Shown here in pieces: positions 41,561 through 54,500 of a stretch of 64,000 bases of DNA. Each line of letters starts with the position of its first letter. Position 1 is the stretch's first letter. This DNA comes from Vicugna vicugna (taxonomy: Eukaryota). The stretch covers positions 13,985 to 77,984 of the forward strand of contig MU058432.1 in assembly GCA_013265495.1 (NCBI GenBank), given 5' to 3'. The notes under the pieces were generated by a model. The model searched no databases. It worked only from the letters and a program-made list of their open reading frames with translations, and was not told the origin of the DNA. The position numbers and the translations under genes were made by a program.

Positions 41561-44373
41561 TTGGAATGCTCTTCTACTCTGCGTTTAATTCCACCCATTC
41601 TTAAAATGTTGGCCAAATGCCATCTCCATAAACCGATGCTGGAATGCCCGTCTCCATCCTCAGCCCTGGGTGTGAGTCCGTGCTACAGTGCACCCCTCTG
41701 CATATTGTCACAGCTGAGTGAAGGCTTTGCCCTCCTCATAAACAATGCCCTGAAACAGTGCCTGCTCATCACAAAGGCTCAGTGAGTGTCTGCTGACCCA
41801 CACATGGCAGCATGGTGTAAGAGGACAGGTCTGGAAGCAGCAGGCAAGGAAGTGGAAAAGGGGGACACAGGATGCAGGCCTAGGCTGATGAGGGACTGAA
41901 CTGGGAAGGGATGGAGGTAGGAGATGCGGAAATGGGAAATGTGCCTGAAGTAAAATACCGGACATTTTAAGGTAGTTTTAGGTAGATGACTAGTTGAGGA
42001 TCATTCCAGAGACTTTAGAGCCAGAAAAATGGACTAATTAGCACATTTCTCGACTTACTGTTCAATATTGATGTCATGTGTTTAAGGGGCATTGCCACAC
42101 TTAGCCAATTCCAGAGGAGTGACGAGGATGGTGATAAATACATCGTATAGGTGAACGGGCTGAGGACTTTTTACCTGGAAAAGAGAAACCTGTACATGAT
42201 GACTGTTCACAAGGCTTGACACACTGTCGTGTGAACAATGGCTGGATCAGACAACTTTATTTTGTGTAGCTATGGAGGGAAGAACTCAGTGAAGAGGACA
42301 TACAAGAAGGTGGATTTCTGTTTCTAATAGGAGTCATCACAGAGAAGAATGATAGTTGGAACAGTAATCACAAATGTAGTGAGAGAAAGAAAGTTGAGAA
42401 GGAAGTTACGGGCATTTTTGTCAACTTAAAAATACTGGATCCAAATGGTTGTCCTTCCCTACAAATCTACATCAATAAATGACAGCTCTCAGTGTGGTCC
42501 CATAAATATTCAAGGCATTTATGGAGGGCCTACTATGTGCCAGGCAGTACTCTGGGCACTGGGGGATCCAGCTGTGAACTGTGACATCAGTTTCCCTAAA
42601 ATAAGCTGTGTGTGTGTGTCATACTCCCACTCAAAATACTGCTGAAGGTTTGGATTAACTACAAAATGAAGTTTACTCTCCTGGTGTGACACGAAGGCCA
42701 TCTTCCACCTGTTCCAACCCACCTTTGCAGTCGGTCCTCTCCAACCCTCTAGTAAACTGGATGACTACCCACCCACCTTCTACATTTCTCTAAGCCTGGA
42801 ATACACTCCTCTCACTCCTTTGCCTCTCCTTGTCTGTAAAAATACTGCTTATCCTTCATGGCTCTATTCCAATGTTAACCCACCTCAAAATGAAAGCCGT
42901 ATCTCCTTCCCAACCGCAAAAACTGTTCATCCATAAATTCTCTATCTATTGAAAATCTGTTGTCCTGTCAGGCCACAAAGGGACGTAACACTGTCCCTGT
43001 ATTCACCATCCTTTGCCACATACTTCAGAATCATGTACGTATCTTATCTCCCCTACCAAATTGTAAGCTTGAGGGCACAGCCTTACTGAGTGTACATTTC
43101 TGAATCCCTGCTTACGGCCTAGGGAGTGAGCTGAGGGTTGGACACAAAACAGAGACTGAGTCCTTTGAGAACACACTGTGGGAGGGCAGACTTCCACAGA
43201 CTCTTGGTCATCCCACCATGGGCCACGTATAAAGTGATATAAATATAGAACAGGAAGAAAAGGGTAATTCTTACGTAGGTCATCTGCAAACGTCATAGAT
43301 TCAACAAGTAGGCAAGATTTTTGTATCAGGGTTTGTGGATAATGGTGATAATAATTTTCCACCTCTTGGGACCTTTCTGCCAGTGTAGGCACTGGATTGA
43401 GGCAGATGGATTGAATGAACAAGAAAGGAGTGGACATTCTCTTGCTCTAGACTGACTACACAGTATGAGTAGATGAGGGTCAGAATCCTGAGTAGGGCAG
43501 GGCAAGAGTTCTAGGAAGAAGAGGGGGTAGAAAGGAAACTCAAAGAAATTTGGTTAGTTAGAGGAATGTCTCCTTTCCACAAGTCTTTACCAAGGGCCCA
43601 CTGAGTCTGCACCTGGCTGGATAATGTGAATTTAAAGATGAATAAGACATCGTGTGCCCTTATAGTGTGGTTAGAGGCATCTATGCCACAATCAAGTTTG
43701 GGTTTCCCTCAGCGGGCAGGGGAGGAGTCATGGTGCATGTGGGTTTGTAAACACTAGGCAGTTAGAGGTGAAAAAGCTGTGAGAGTAGATGGCATTTCCC
43801 AGAGAGGGTGCAGGTGGATGTGAAGGGGGCTGAGAGTGGAACCCTAGAAAACAAATCTCCAAAAGGAGGCAGCTGCAGAATGGGCAAACAGGAAAGGCTT
43901 CGTGGGGGAGGTCAGGATGGGGTCAGGCACTGGGTACCGTGTGAGGAAGTAGTGGTCTGTACCCAATGCTGGAATGAGTCAGATAACATCATGGCAGCAT
44001 AAGTCTGTTGAGTTGGGCTGGAGGGCACTGTCTGTGGTTCAAAAAGAGGGATAAGGACAGAAAGGAGGGATGTAAAAGTAAAGAATCCTGTTGGTTATGG
44101 GCACATGAAACAAGCACATAGGACACGATTTACACGGCAGTTGAGAGGCAACTGAAAGAGCTAATGATTCAGAGCACTATTTCAAATCTCTTGTTTGAAA
44201 TGTGAGCCCAATTGGTATTCAAAATGTCTAAAATCAGATTTGGAAGGCTTGCTGTGTTACTAGGGATATAAAGACAGAGGATACTGTTTCATTTGTTCCT
44301 TTCTTACTATATACACTGTTTTCATTCAAGCATTCCAATTGCAGTCCCATATTCAACAAAAACATTGGCCTCT

Positions 44374-45604
44374 TAAACACAGGCAAAACATTCTGATATA
44401 AATCCCAGTAATGTTCTCCTAGGGCAGTCTGCTGAGGCAACAGAAATAAAAGCAAAAATAAACAAATGGGACCTAATTAAACTTATAAGCTTTTGCACAG
44501 CAAAGGAAACCATAAATAAAAGGAAAAGACAACCTATGGATGGGAGAAAATATCTGCAAACAATGCAACTGACAAGGACTTAATTTCCAGAATATACAAA
44601 CAGCTCATGCAACTCAATGACCAAAAAAAAACCCAAAACAACTCAACCCCAAAATGGGCAGAAGACCTAAATAAACATTTCTCCAGTGAAGACATACAAA
44701 CGGCCAATAGGCACATGAAAAAATGCTCAATATCATTAATTATCAAAGAAATGCAAATCAAAACTACAATGAGGTATCACCTCACAACAATCAGAATGGC
44801 CATCATTAAAAAGTTCACAAACTATAAATGCCAGAGAGGGTGTGCAGAAAAGGGAACCCTCCTACACTGCTGGTGGGAATGTAGTTTGGCACAGACATTA
44901 TGGAAAATAGTATGGAGATTTTTAAAGAAACTGGAAACAGCCTTACCATATGATCCAGCAATCCCAGTCCTGAGCATACATTTGGAGGAAACTCTAATTT
45001 GAAAAGATACATGCACCCAAATGTTCATAGCAGCACTATTTACAATAGCCAAGACATGGAAGCAACCTAAATGTCTATCAATAGATGACTGGATAAAGAA
45101 GATGTGGTATACATACGTGTATAAATACACACGCGCACGTGCGCGATGGAGTACTACTCAACCATAAAAAAGAATAAAATAATGCCATTTGCAGCAACAT
45201 GGATGGACCTGGAGATGGTCATACTAAGTGAAGTAAGCCAGAAAGAGAAAGAAAAATACCATAATATCACTAATATGTGGAATCTTAAGAAAAAGGAGGG
45301 ACACGAACTTATTTACAAAACAGAGACAGACTCATAGACATAGAAAACAAACTTATGATTATCAGGGGGAGAGGGGGTGAGGAGGGATAAATTGGGAGTT
45401 TGGGACTTGCAGATACACACCACTATGTATAAAACAGATAAACAACAAGGTCCTACTGTACAGCACAGGGAACTATATGCAATACCTTGTAGTGGCCTAT
45501 AATAAAAAAAACCCAAAAGGAATATATATGTATAAACGAATCACTATGCTGTACACCAGAAATTAACACAACATTGTAACTAGACTATACTTCAGTTTAA
45601 AAAA
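44374..45604 (+). mobile_element. 5'-truncated LINE-1 (ORF2 C-terminal part, 3'UTR, poly(A)) with target-site duplication
   Basis: ORF 44607-45002 ([16 protein letters not shown]...[23 protein letters not shown]...[10 protein letters not shown]) is the L1 ORF2 C-terminus; TSD aaaaac(a/c)ttggcctct at about 44358-44373 and 45605-45620. Confidence 0.92.
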
Positions 45605-48600
45605 AAAAACCTTGGCCTCTAGAACATGGTAGATTCTAGTGTTTTCCCAAATAACTTCACAGATGTCAACTGTGAAGAGCTATACTAAACGAGATACAGG
45701 TAAACTGTATAAACTTGGTACAGTATAGCGTAAAAATAGAATATTTGTTGAGAGGATTTTAAACATCAACTTTCTTTAAAATACAAACTTTTTTTTCTTA
45801 GTCTTTAATGATGTCCTAGTCCTTAATGATGACATTTCTTTGTCCTAATACAACATTTTTTAAAAAAAGTTATGTTAGATCAAAGTCATGTTCAAAATTC
45901 ACATCTAGGAATCAGTGGTTCATAAAATAAGATATAGAAAATGAACACTGGAAATTGACACAACGTTGTAAACTGACTATAACTCAATAAAATAAAGTAA
46001 GATAACAAAAAAATAAAATAACATGTATTCAAAAGGGGATGACAAAAATTTAAATTCTTCATTTTAATATAACTTTGCACTGTCATAGTTTTTAATAAGA
46101 TTTTTATCTTATCAAAAAACAAACAAAAAACAAAGATATAGAAAATGAGATTATGAAGCAGAACCTTCAGGGAAAATGAGTTTCCAAGTGAAATACAAGG
46201 TAGGGATAAAATCAGTTTTTATGACTGAAGCTACTTTAAAGGCTAAGTAAGAGCTGTAATACAGATAATACTAGTGTCACATGCAAACTTGTAGCATCTT
46301 GAGAAAATATTTTGAAATTTTGGGTTATTTTCACAGATTAGGGTATTTAAATTCTAAGCAGATATATTTAAATTAACATATAATGTGTTGTTGAAAAGAT
46401 TTTAAATAATTCTAAATACTTTTCCTCATGAAGCTTAATTGAGGCAGTCTATTATTGTGCCTAAGGACTGGGACTGTCTGAGTTCAAAGACCGGCACCAC
46501 TACGACCACAGCACCAGGAGTATGACCTTAGATAAGTTATTTAACCTCGTGTCCCCTCAATTGTAAAATGGAGGTACAATATACCTCAGCTGGTTGTGAT
46601 GAGGATCAAATGGATAGATATAAACCATGCAGAACAGTGCCTGGTACGAGATAAACACCACGTGTTTTATTATCAAATGAGATCAGCAAGTAAGGGGGAA
46701 AAACTTACTTCTGGACTGAAAAACTCAGTTGATTTAAAAAGGGAAGAAATAATTCAGAGATTTGACAATTATAGGCTGTCCCTTTCATTAACCTTTATTA
46801 GTAAGTTACATGATATATTTCTGGGAGCAAGTATTCAACCAGACTTTTTAAAAAACAGCTTTGCTGAGGTATGCTTGATATACCAAGTCTCACATATTGA
46901 AATGTACAGTTTGAAAACTGCTGACATGTGTACACAAATCAAATCTTCACTACAGTCAAGACAGAGAACATACCAACCGCCCACAAGTTTATGTGTGCCA
47001 CTTTGTAATCTCTCCCACCTCTCTCCTAGGCATCTACTGAATCTGCTATCACTATACATTAGTCAACTAATGTGTTTAATTAGCAACTGATGGTAGTATT
47101 TATTACATATTTGATTGATGGTAGTGGGGTAAAAATCAAAGAACATAAAAAAGTAGTTTTTGTTGGTAGGAAAAAACAAACTAAAAAAAAGGTTTTTAAA
47201 CATGAAGGTAATTTACACTATTTGCGTGAAGAGATTAAGTTACCAGTAAGAATTTATGAGAAAACTTTATTTCACTGAGACATGACCTAGTAACTGATAG
47301 TGTTACTAACCTCTTTACGTGGCTTTCGTATTTTCATGTCATTCACTAGTTTAGTCAACAGGGGCTAGTTGGTTATTTGTTTCAGGGACTAGAAGCGGGT
47401 ACACTTGTAGTGGAGAGATTACTGGACTTGTGCTGTTCAATACATTAATCAGTAGCCACATATGGCTATCTAAACTTAAATTAAAACTTTAGTTCCTAAG
47501 TTGCACTAGCCACATTTTAAGTTCCCAAGCACCCCACACATGGCTGCCACATTGAACAGAATGGATGTAGAAATTTCCATCATCACTCAACGTTCTACTC
47601 TACAGAGCTAATTTAGGAGCCTCTTGAGGTATATTATCTACGTGGAGGTGAGGGTCTACACTGAAGCAATGGCAAAGAAATGGAGAAGAGTGAGCTCTCT
47701 GAGATACTTAACGTCATGCACAGTGAAGACAGGGGATTCATTTAGAATGTCTTCTAGGTTTCTCCCTAGGGTAAATGGGTGGATGATTAGAACCATTCAC
47801 CAACAAAATAAATATAGTAGAAGCAGCAGGATTTGAGAAAAGGAGTGAAATCAGATTTGTACCCTACAAGAGGCAATCCTCGGACTGGCCAGTGGTCTGA
47901 GAAGTTGCTGGATCTCAAAATGTGATCTGTGGGGAATCTGGATGGAGACAGAGTTCCAAGGAAGGAGCCCTGGGTAGGAGCCAGAGCCATGCACTCAGGT
48001 GAGGGCTTTCAGAGAAACCAGACAGCATGAGAAGGTCAGGGACTCGCATCAGAGTCTGGGAAGCACTGACATGTAGGGCAGGGTTTTTAAACTGTGAATC
48101 GCTCATGAAATCAACAGAATAGGTCTCCATCAGCATTAAAAAATAGTGTAGCAAATATTAACATGCTTTGAATATTAAGATTTTTTCCCTGAGACTTTTT
48201 GTTACGAATATATTTACAAACCTATATGTATACTGGGTTGCAAGGTGAAACTCGTTTCTGGGTTGCAGCCTGATTAGTTTGAGTATCACTGATTTATAAA
48301 ATGAGCACCACAGACTATAAGCTACATGCAAACTCCTGGCACACTGCCTTCACCCAGGTGAGAACACTGTATGAAGGAATTAACCAACAGGTCAGAGAAA
48401 TAAGAGGAAACCCACAACAAGTGTGATTCAGAAACTAAAGAACTGTAAGAGAGAAGAGACAACCCAGTGTCAGGTATCAGTGATTTGGTGATGTTCAGAG
48501 CTTCTCCCTGCAATTTCTGTGGATTGGCATGAGCAGAAGCCAGACTACAGAAGTAAATGGGAGGTGAGGAAGTGGAGATGAGACCAATGAGGGTGGAAAT

Positions 48601-49949
48601 TGAGAGACATTTGTTTTGTTTGTATTAAAGATGTGAAAGTTCAGTATGTGCCTGAAAGAGATTAGATGGGAACTGCCTTGCCCAATAATGAAATCACTGG
48701 CCACACGTGGCTATTTAAATTAAGTAAAAACGCAATTCCTTAATAATACTAGGTTCAAGTGCCCAATGGCTACATATGACTAGTGGCTACCATGCAACAC
48801 AGAGCTCATACAGAACATTTCCATCACTGCAGGTATATCTATTGGACAGTGCTGCTCTACAGAAAATTTTTAACTCATCATGCTATTCTGGCCTCAATAA
48901 AACAGGTCAGCGCACAGTGCTCCCCAACCTCTTCCTGCCTGAAACATTATCCAAACCCAGCAAAAAAAACTGCTGGGGGTTGTATTATAATCTGTACAAG
49001 ATGAGATCACATTTGGCCTCAGCGAGTGAGAGTTAACCCTGGCAGAGGCCAGTGGAGTCATCAGGGAGGCTACTGAACCCCGGGATGTGATCTAGGGGCT
49101 GTCTGGGCATTATATGTATTCGAGATGTTTTCCCACCAAGTGCAAGAGATATGTGACAATATGAAGCTCATGAAGGCTAAGGAATGAATACATAGAGGAA
49201 AAGATGATGTGGGACAAGGTATAAGGACAGTAGATACTGTAGTAGTGCTGAATAGGAAAGGCTCAGAAAATTCAGGCTAGGGTACACAGAAGATGATGGG
49301 TAAAATGAAATACATTACAGTAAAATTCAGTTTTACAAAAGAAAAGAACAAATAAATAGCTTCCAATTTCCATATGTAATTTTCATGGCTTTTATATGGA
49401 ACCTTAATAGCAAAATGGAATGTGATAGAAGACTGAGGTATTATTATCCATCAGATCTGTCCACTTACAACTGTTACTCAGGGTCTCGCTGATTCACTGA
49501 AGTGAGAAAAGTCACTTCTGGAATTTTAAAAATAAAATTTTCAATTTTGTGGAAAAACTTCTTTTAAATCACTTTTTAAAGAATGTATTGAAAAAAAGAA
49601 TGTATTGGTTCTACTTAAAAAAAAATTTTATGTGGTTATTCATGGGACGAGGGACTGGAAGGACAGGATCCAAAGGAAAGAAGGAAAATCCAATCCATTT
49701 GCCTTCTTCACCCCAGGGCAAATCTTGAGCAGGCTCACAGGAGGTTAGATCTTTTTGGCAAAAATAAAACGTCCATCCTGAAGCCTTTCCCTTAAGCGTC
49801 TCCTGGCGACACCTAGAAGTGGTGATTTCAGGTCAGGTTTTTTCACTGACGCACAAAACCATGTAACAACTCCTCCTCCTCGCGGGCTGTTGAGCACTGA
49901 GCGCACAAGAACCCTGAATTCAGATTAATTAAGTTTCTAACGACTGCTC

Positions 49950-50750
49950 ATGGGGGAGTCAGTGACCGCACTGCAACGACGTTCAGTGGGAAACGGCCTG
50001 GCTCGCTGAGGGGCCGTCGTGTTGGCGGCGGCAGGCCTCGAGCAGAGGCATTTACCTATCAAATTTGCCCTTTAGACACCGTTACTAACTGAGCGTACCG
50101 CTTACTTCAACTGCGTGAGGAGAGCACGCCACAATCCAGCAGCAGAGACCTCAAGTGCCCACTCGGACCTCCAGGAGCGCCGCCGCCGGAAGTCCACAAG
50201 CCCACCTCCCACTTCCTGGGCGGGCCCGGAAGTGGCTTTGGGGGCCGTAAAGCAAGATGGCAGCGCTCTCTCTGCGGTGATTGTCCGCGCTCCGTTTTAC
50301 TTCTAGCACTTCCCTGCCCACCAGGGACTCTCGACCTTCATCCCCTGCCCCAGTTTTTTCTCAGCACACACGCCCACATTTCAAGTTCATTTTGCCCTGG
50401 TGAAGGATGGGCTGGAGGCGACGTACGGCGAACCTGCGCGCCGTGAGGCACCATTTTGTACGGAAACCGAAGGCTGGGCGGGACGAGTGTTGGGGATCCA
50501 GATGTGGCCGGGTTAGCAGGGGAGCGTGCGAGGGAGGGGCGCGAGGGCGGGGCGGGGCGGGGGGGCGTTGCTACCTGATGATGTATTTCCGCTTCCTATC
50601 GGCCACATCGTATTTGGTTGGACCGGCTTGTTGCGGGGAGGGCGGGGGAAGATTGTTTGCAGTGCAGAACCTCGGCGCACGGGAAGGTAAACTGAGGTAA
50701 AACTGGAAAGGGTTCGCGGGGGGTGTGTGGGTTTGCGCCCGGCTGTGTAG
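49950..50750 (+). promoter_or_regulatory. SH3BP5L CpG-island promoter and first exon, with ETS (CCGGAAGT) and YY1 (AAGATGGC) motifs
   Basis: CpG dense; ccggaagt at about 50187 and 50226; caagatggc at about 50253; donor-like aag|gtaaac and gag|gtaaaa at about 50686 and 50696. Confidence 0.7.
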
Positions 50751-51573
50751 GAGGTCTGGGGCCAGGGTCCTCGGGATTGCAGAAGAGTGGGGTTGGAAAC
50801 GGGAGGCTCGGATTGTCCGCAGGGTTGGAGAGAGAAGAGGAGATGGGGTGGGGCTGGGGGTTACAAGGTGATTTGCAAAGCCGGGGGAGGGGGGAGTGGA
50901 ATGGGGCTGGCGGAAGAGAAGCCGGGGGATAGTGGGGAGGATGAGAGCACAGAGGGAAGTCTGGGAGGTGCTGGTGGGGGAGGGGCTGGGGCGAGAGATC
51001 CTGGAACGCGGGAAAGTTCAGGGGTTGGTCTGAACGTGGGGGTGTGCGGGGAAGAGAGTGGAGTCCTTGGGAGGTTAAGGGATTGAAAGGAGCTGGTGGC
51101 CGACGTTCTAGTGCTGACTATGGACTGGGCCTTTGTTTCCCCTGCAGCTCCCCAGAGACTCATCCCGCAGCCTCTGCTCAGGCCCAGCCGTCTCTCTCCA
51201 GTTGCCACCACAGCCTGGAGGCGCCTGCCTCCGCCCTCCCGAATGGTGCTCCTTCTCGCAGGCCTCGGCCCAGGATCCAGGCCCCCTTTGCCCCCTGCCT
51301 CGGAGCTGTTGCTCCGGGTCTTTCCTAGTGGACTCCTTGGGACGGGGAGGGAAGAACTTTTGCACATACAAGGCTGTAGCTCTAGGGACCCCACCGACAA
51401 CCTGAATCCTGGTCTCTAACCGAGTGTGAAATCCCTCCTGTGCCCTCTCTATCTGCCCTTTGAGAAGAGAAACCCTTCTGTCCACCCAGAGCCCAGTAAG
51501 CCCCAAGCTGGGGCCCTGGTCCCAGCATGTCAATCCTCTCTTATGCATAGGGCTCTGCCCTCTCCCTGTCAGC

Positions 51574-54500
51574 ATGGCTGAACTCAGGCAGGTTCCAGGG
51601 GGGCGGGAGACCCCACAGGGGGAGCTTCGGCCGGAAGTTGTAGAGGATGAAGTCCCTCGGAGCCCTGTCGCAGAGGAGCCCGGAGGAGGCGGAAGCAACA
51701 GCAGTGAAGCCAAATTGTCCCCAAGAGAAGAAGAAGAGCTGGATCCTAGAATACAGGTGAGAAGACTGAGCTAGGGGAGACACAGGGAGCTTAGATGCCA
51801 GTGTTTCTGAAGAGCTGTCCGATAAATGAGGGGTTGGACTTAACTCTTTTCCCAGTGCACTTAGGCAGGAAGGGAAAACAAGTTTGTCAACAAATCATTG
51901 CAACACAGTGTGACTAGTGCCACAAGAGTTGTGTGCAGTGGGAGTACAGAGAAAGGCCGGGCCTGAGTGCCTGGGGCATGTTGCTGAAGGCTTCCCTGAT
52001 GAAGTGAAGTGACAAATTGGCAGCAGATGCAGGAAGCACACTTTAGGTCAGGAGACAGTCGAACTGTTGTTTCTTTTCCGAGTAAACAAAGGGAGATACA
52101 CAACTAGTTTCTACTGTATAGCACAGGGAACTATAATTAATATCGTATAGTAACTTATGGCTAAAAAGAATATGAAAACAAATATATGTATATTTCTACA
52201 TGACTGAAGTAATTGTGCTGTACACCAGAAATTGACACAACATTGTAAATTGATTATACTTAAATAAAAATATTTAAAAAAAAAAGCAAAGGGGCTGTTG
52301 GCTCGGAGATGCAGCGTGAGTGGGATGTGAGATGACTTTGAGATCAGAAGGCAGTTTTGAATCTTTTCCCTTCTTTCATCTTCTCATCAGTGCCTCCCAG
52401 GGACATTCACATTTGTGAAAGGTGAGACTTTTCATGTCTCATAAAGGTGACATCAGGCTTAGGCCTCTGAGGAAATCTGATGTGTTCAGAGACATGTATG
52501 AGCTGTGGTCAGTCCTTCATAATACAGATTTCTGGCTCTGAGGATGTTGGGTCTATCGGATGAATGGAAGAGCTGATTTATTGTTTTGGAGCATTAATTG
52601 GCTAGTTGGTAGAGGGGCAGAACTTTGTGAAGGAGACCTGGGAGCAGTGGGTGAGGACAGGCACCACGTGGAGTAGATACATGGCCAGCTGAGCTGGATT
52701 GCAGTTTCCAGGCGGCAACAGAGAAGGGCTCCCTGGAGAAGCTGCTTCGGCAGGTGAAGGTCAGGATGGTCCTGGGTATTTGGGGCCTGAGCCTGCCATT
52801 TGGTATGGTAGCATCTCCAGGATTCTGACATGGAGGTGGCTCATGCCTCTGTAGGTGAGGAGGAGTGTCCCAGGGCTCACATTCCCAGGCTTCTCTGTCA
52901 ACAGACCTTTATTAGAGTACTTCAGTGAGTCAAGAAGAAATCAAAGCTGGTTCTAGCATCCTTCCTGCCCTCTCATGGTTGGGGTTCCCAGGATGTGTGT
53001 GGGGAAGCTGTGTCCATGTTTACAGTGGAGCAGTGGTGAACTATTTGTTTGCTGGCATGAGTCAGTAATTTATTTCTGCTGTGTTTCATGGGCATTACAT
53101 TGAAAACAGCTCAGTTTCTCCTGCTGGTACTGTAGATTCTTCGTACACCAAGGATACAAGTTGTAGTGAAAAAAGCCTTGGGCTGAGATTCAAGCAGCCT
53201 CTAGTCCAATGATGTGATTTTCATGCAAGTTACATAACCTTTCCGAGCCTCAGTTTCTTTATCTGTAAAGTGAACGGTTAGTCTAGCTAATTTGCACAGC
53301 TCCTTCCCGCTCTGATTCTTTTCTTTCACAAGCTCCCTTTTCCTGTCTCTTGGTGGAAGTTTGTAGGTCACACTTTGGGAAAGAGACCCCTGCATGTCAG
53401 GGAGGAGGGCTTTGTTGAAGCCCTTCACACACTTCCCTGCAGCATTCATTGCCCCACTCCAGAGGAGAATCCACTCCCGCTTCTTTGCTCAGTCTCTCCT
53501 GCTCCTGCATATTTTTCCAGTGCCCACACAGGCAAAGGTGGTAGGATGAAAAGGCACCCTCGTGCTGCGGTGTCCAATAAAGTAGCCGCCAGCCGCGTGT
53601 GGATAACTTAAATAAAATCAATTACGATTAAATAAAAAGCAAAAGTGCCTTTCCCCAGGTGCTGTTGGCAGTGCACAAGCAGAACATCTCTGTCCCCGTA
53701 GACAGTTGTCTGGTGTGAGCTCTGAGGGCCAGAGAATGCTGAGCAGGAGAAAGATTCACCCGGCCGTCAGTGACCTTGCAGTGTTACTGGAACGGGCAGG
53801 GTTGGGGGGGAGGTAGGCAGACCCTAGTCTCTTGCTAAACTGGGAGACACATTGTGGAGTGTTGTGGGTTATGTAGGGAGGCAAAGTCTTGCAGAGGCCT
53901 CCCTCATTGATGAAGCTGGGCTGGGCCAGTGCTCTGTTCTCAGCAGGGTTTCAGCGTCTCCCTGCTGCGTGAGAGAGCCAGCCTTGTGTGAGGGGCACCC
54001 TTCATGGAGGAGGCCGGTGGCATTTGGATCTTCTGGGTTTGGGCTCTTCTGGATGAGAGAAAGATAGAGGTGTGTGTCTGGAGGTCCCTTTTAGTGTTGA
54101 CAGTGTACAGGATCATGTTATCCTGGTACTGCGTTTCAGAACTTTGGATCAGTGCATTCAGTGGGTCTGTACCCACAGCTCCATCAGAACCTCCTGGGGC
54201 TTGAAAAACACCCATTCCTGAGCCGTGCCAGACTTGTGAATTCTCCTTCTGGGTGGGGCAAGAAGTGGTTCTAACATGCAGCCTGGGTGAGTCCGCTGAG
54301 CTGGAGATACCCTGTTCAGGTATTTTCTGGAACGGCCAGAAATGGTCCCTTAGGGTGAGGCTCTTTCTGACGTGGGAAGTGGGGATTCTTGGCAGGCAGG
54401 CAGCTTGTGCCCCCCATTGTCTGGTGGGATCCCTGTTGAAGCTGGAGGGAAGCCAGGCCTGCCCGGAGTGTGCTGTCTGCCAGGGAAGTCAACTGAATGT

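Noticed and set aside
44607..45002. 131-aa ORF
   Set aside because: Fragment of LINE-1 ORF2 in a truncated element, not a host gene
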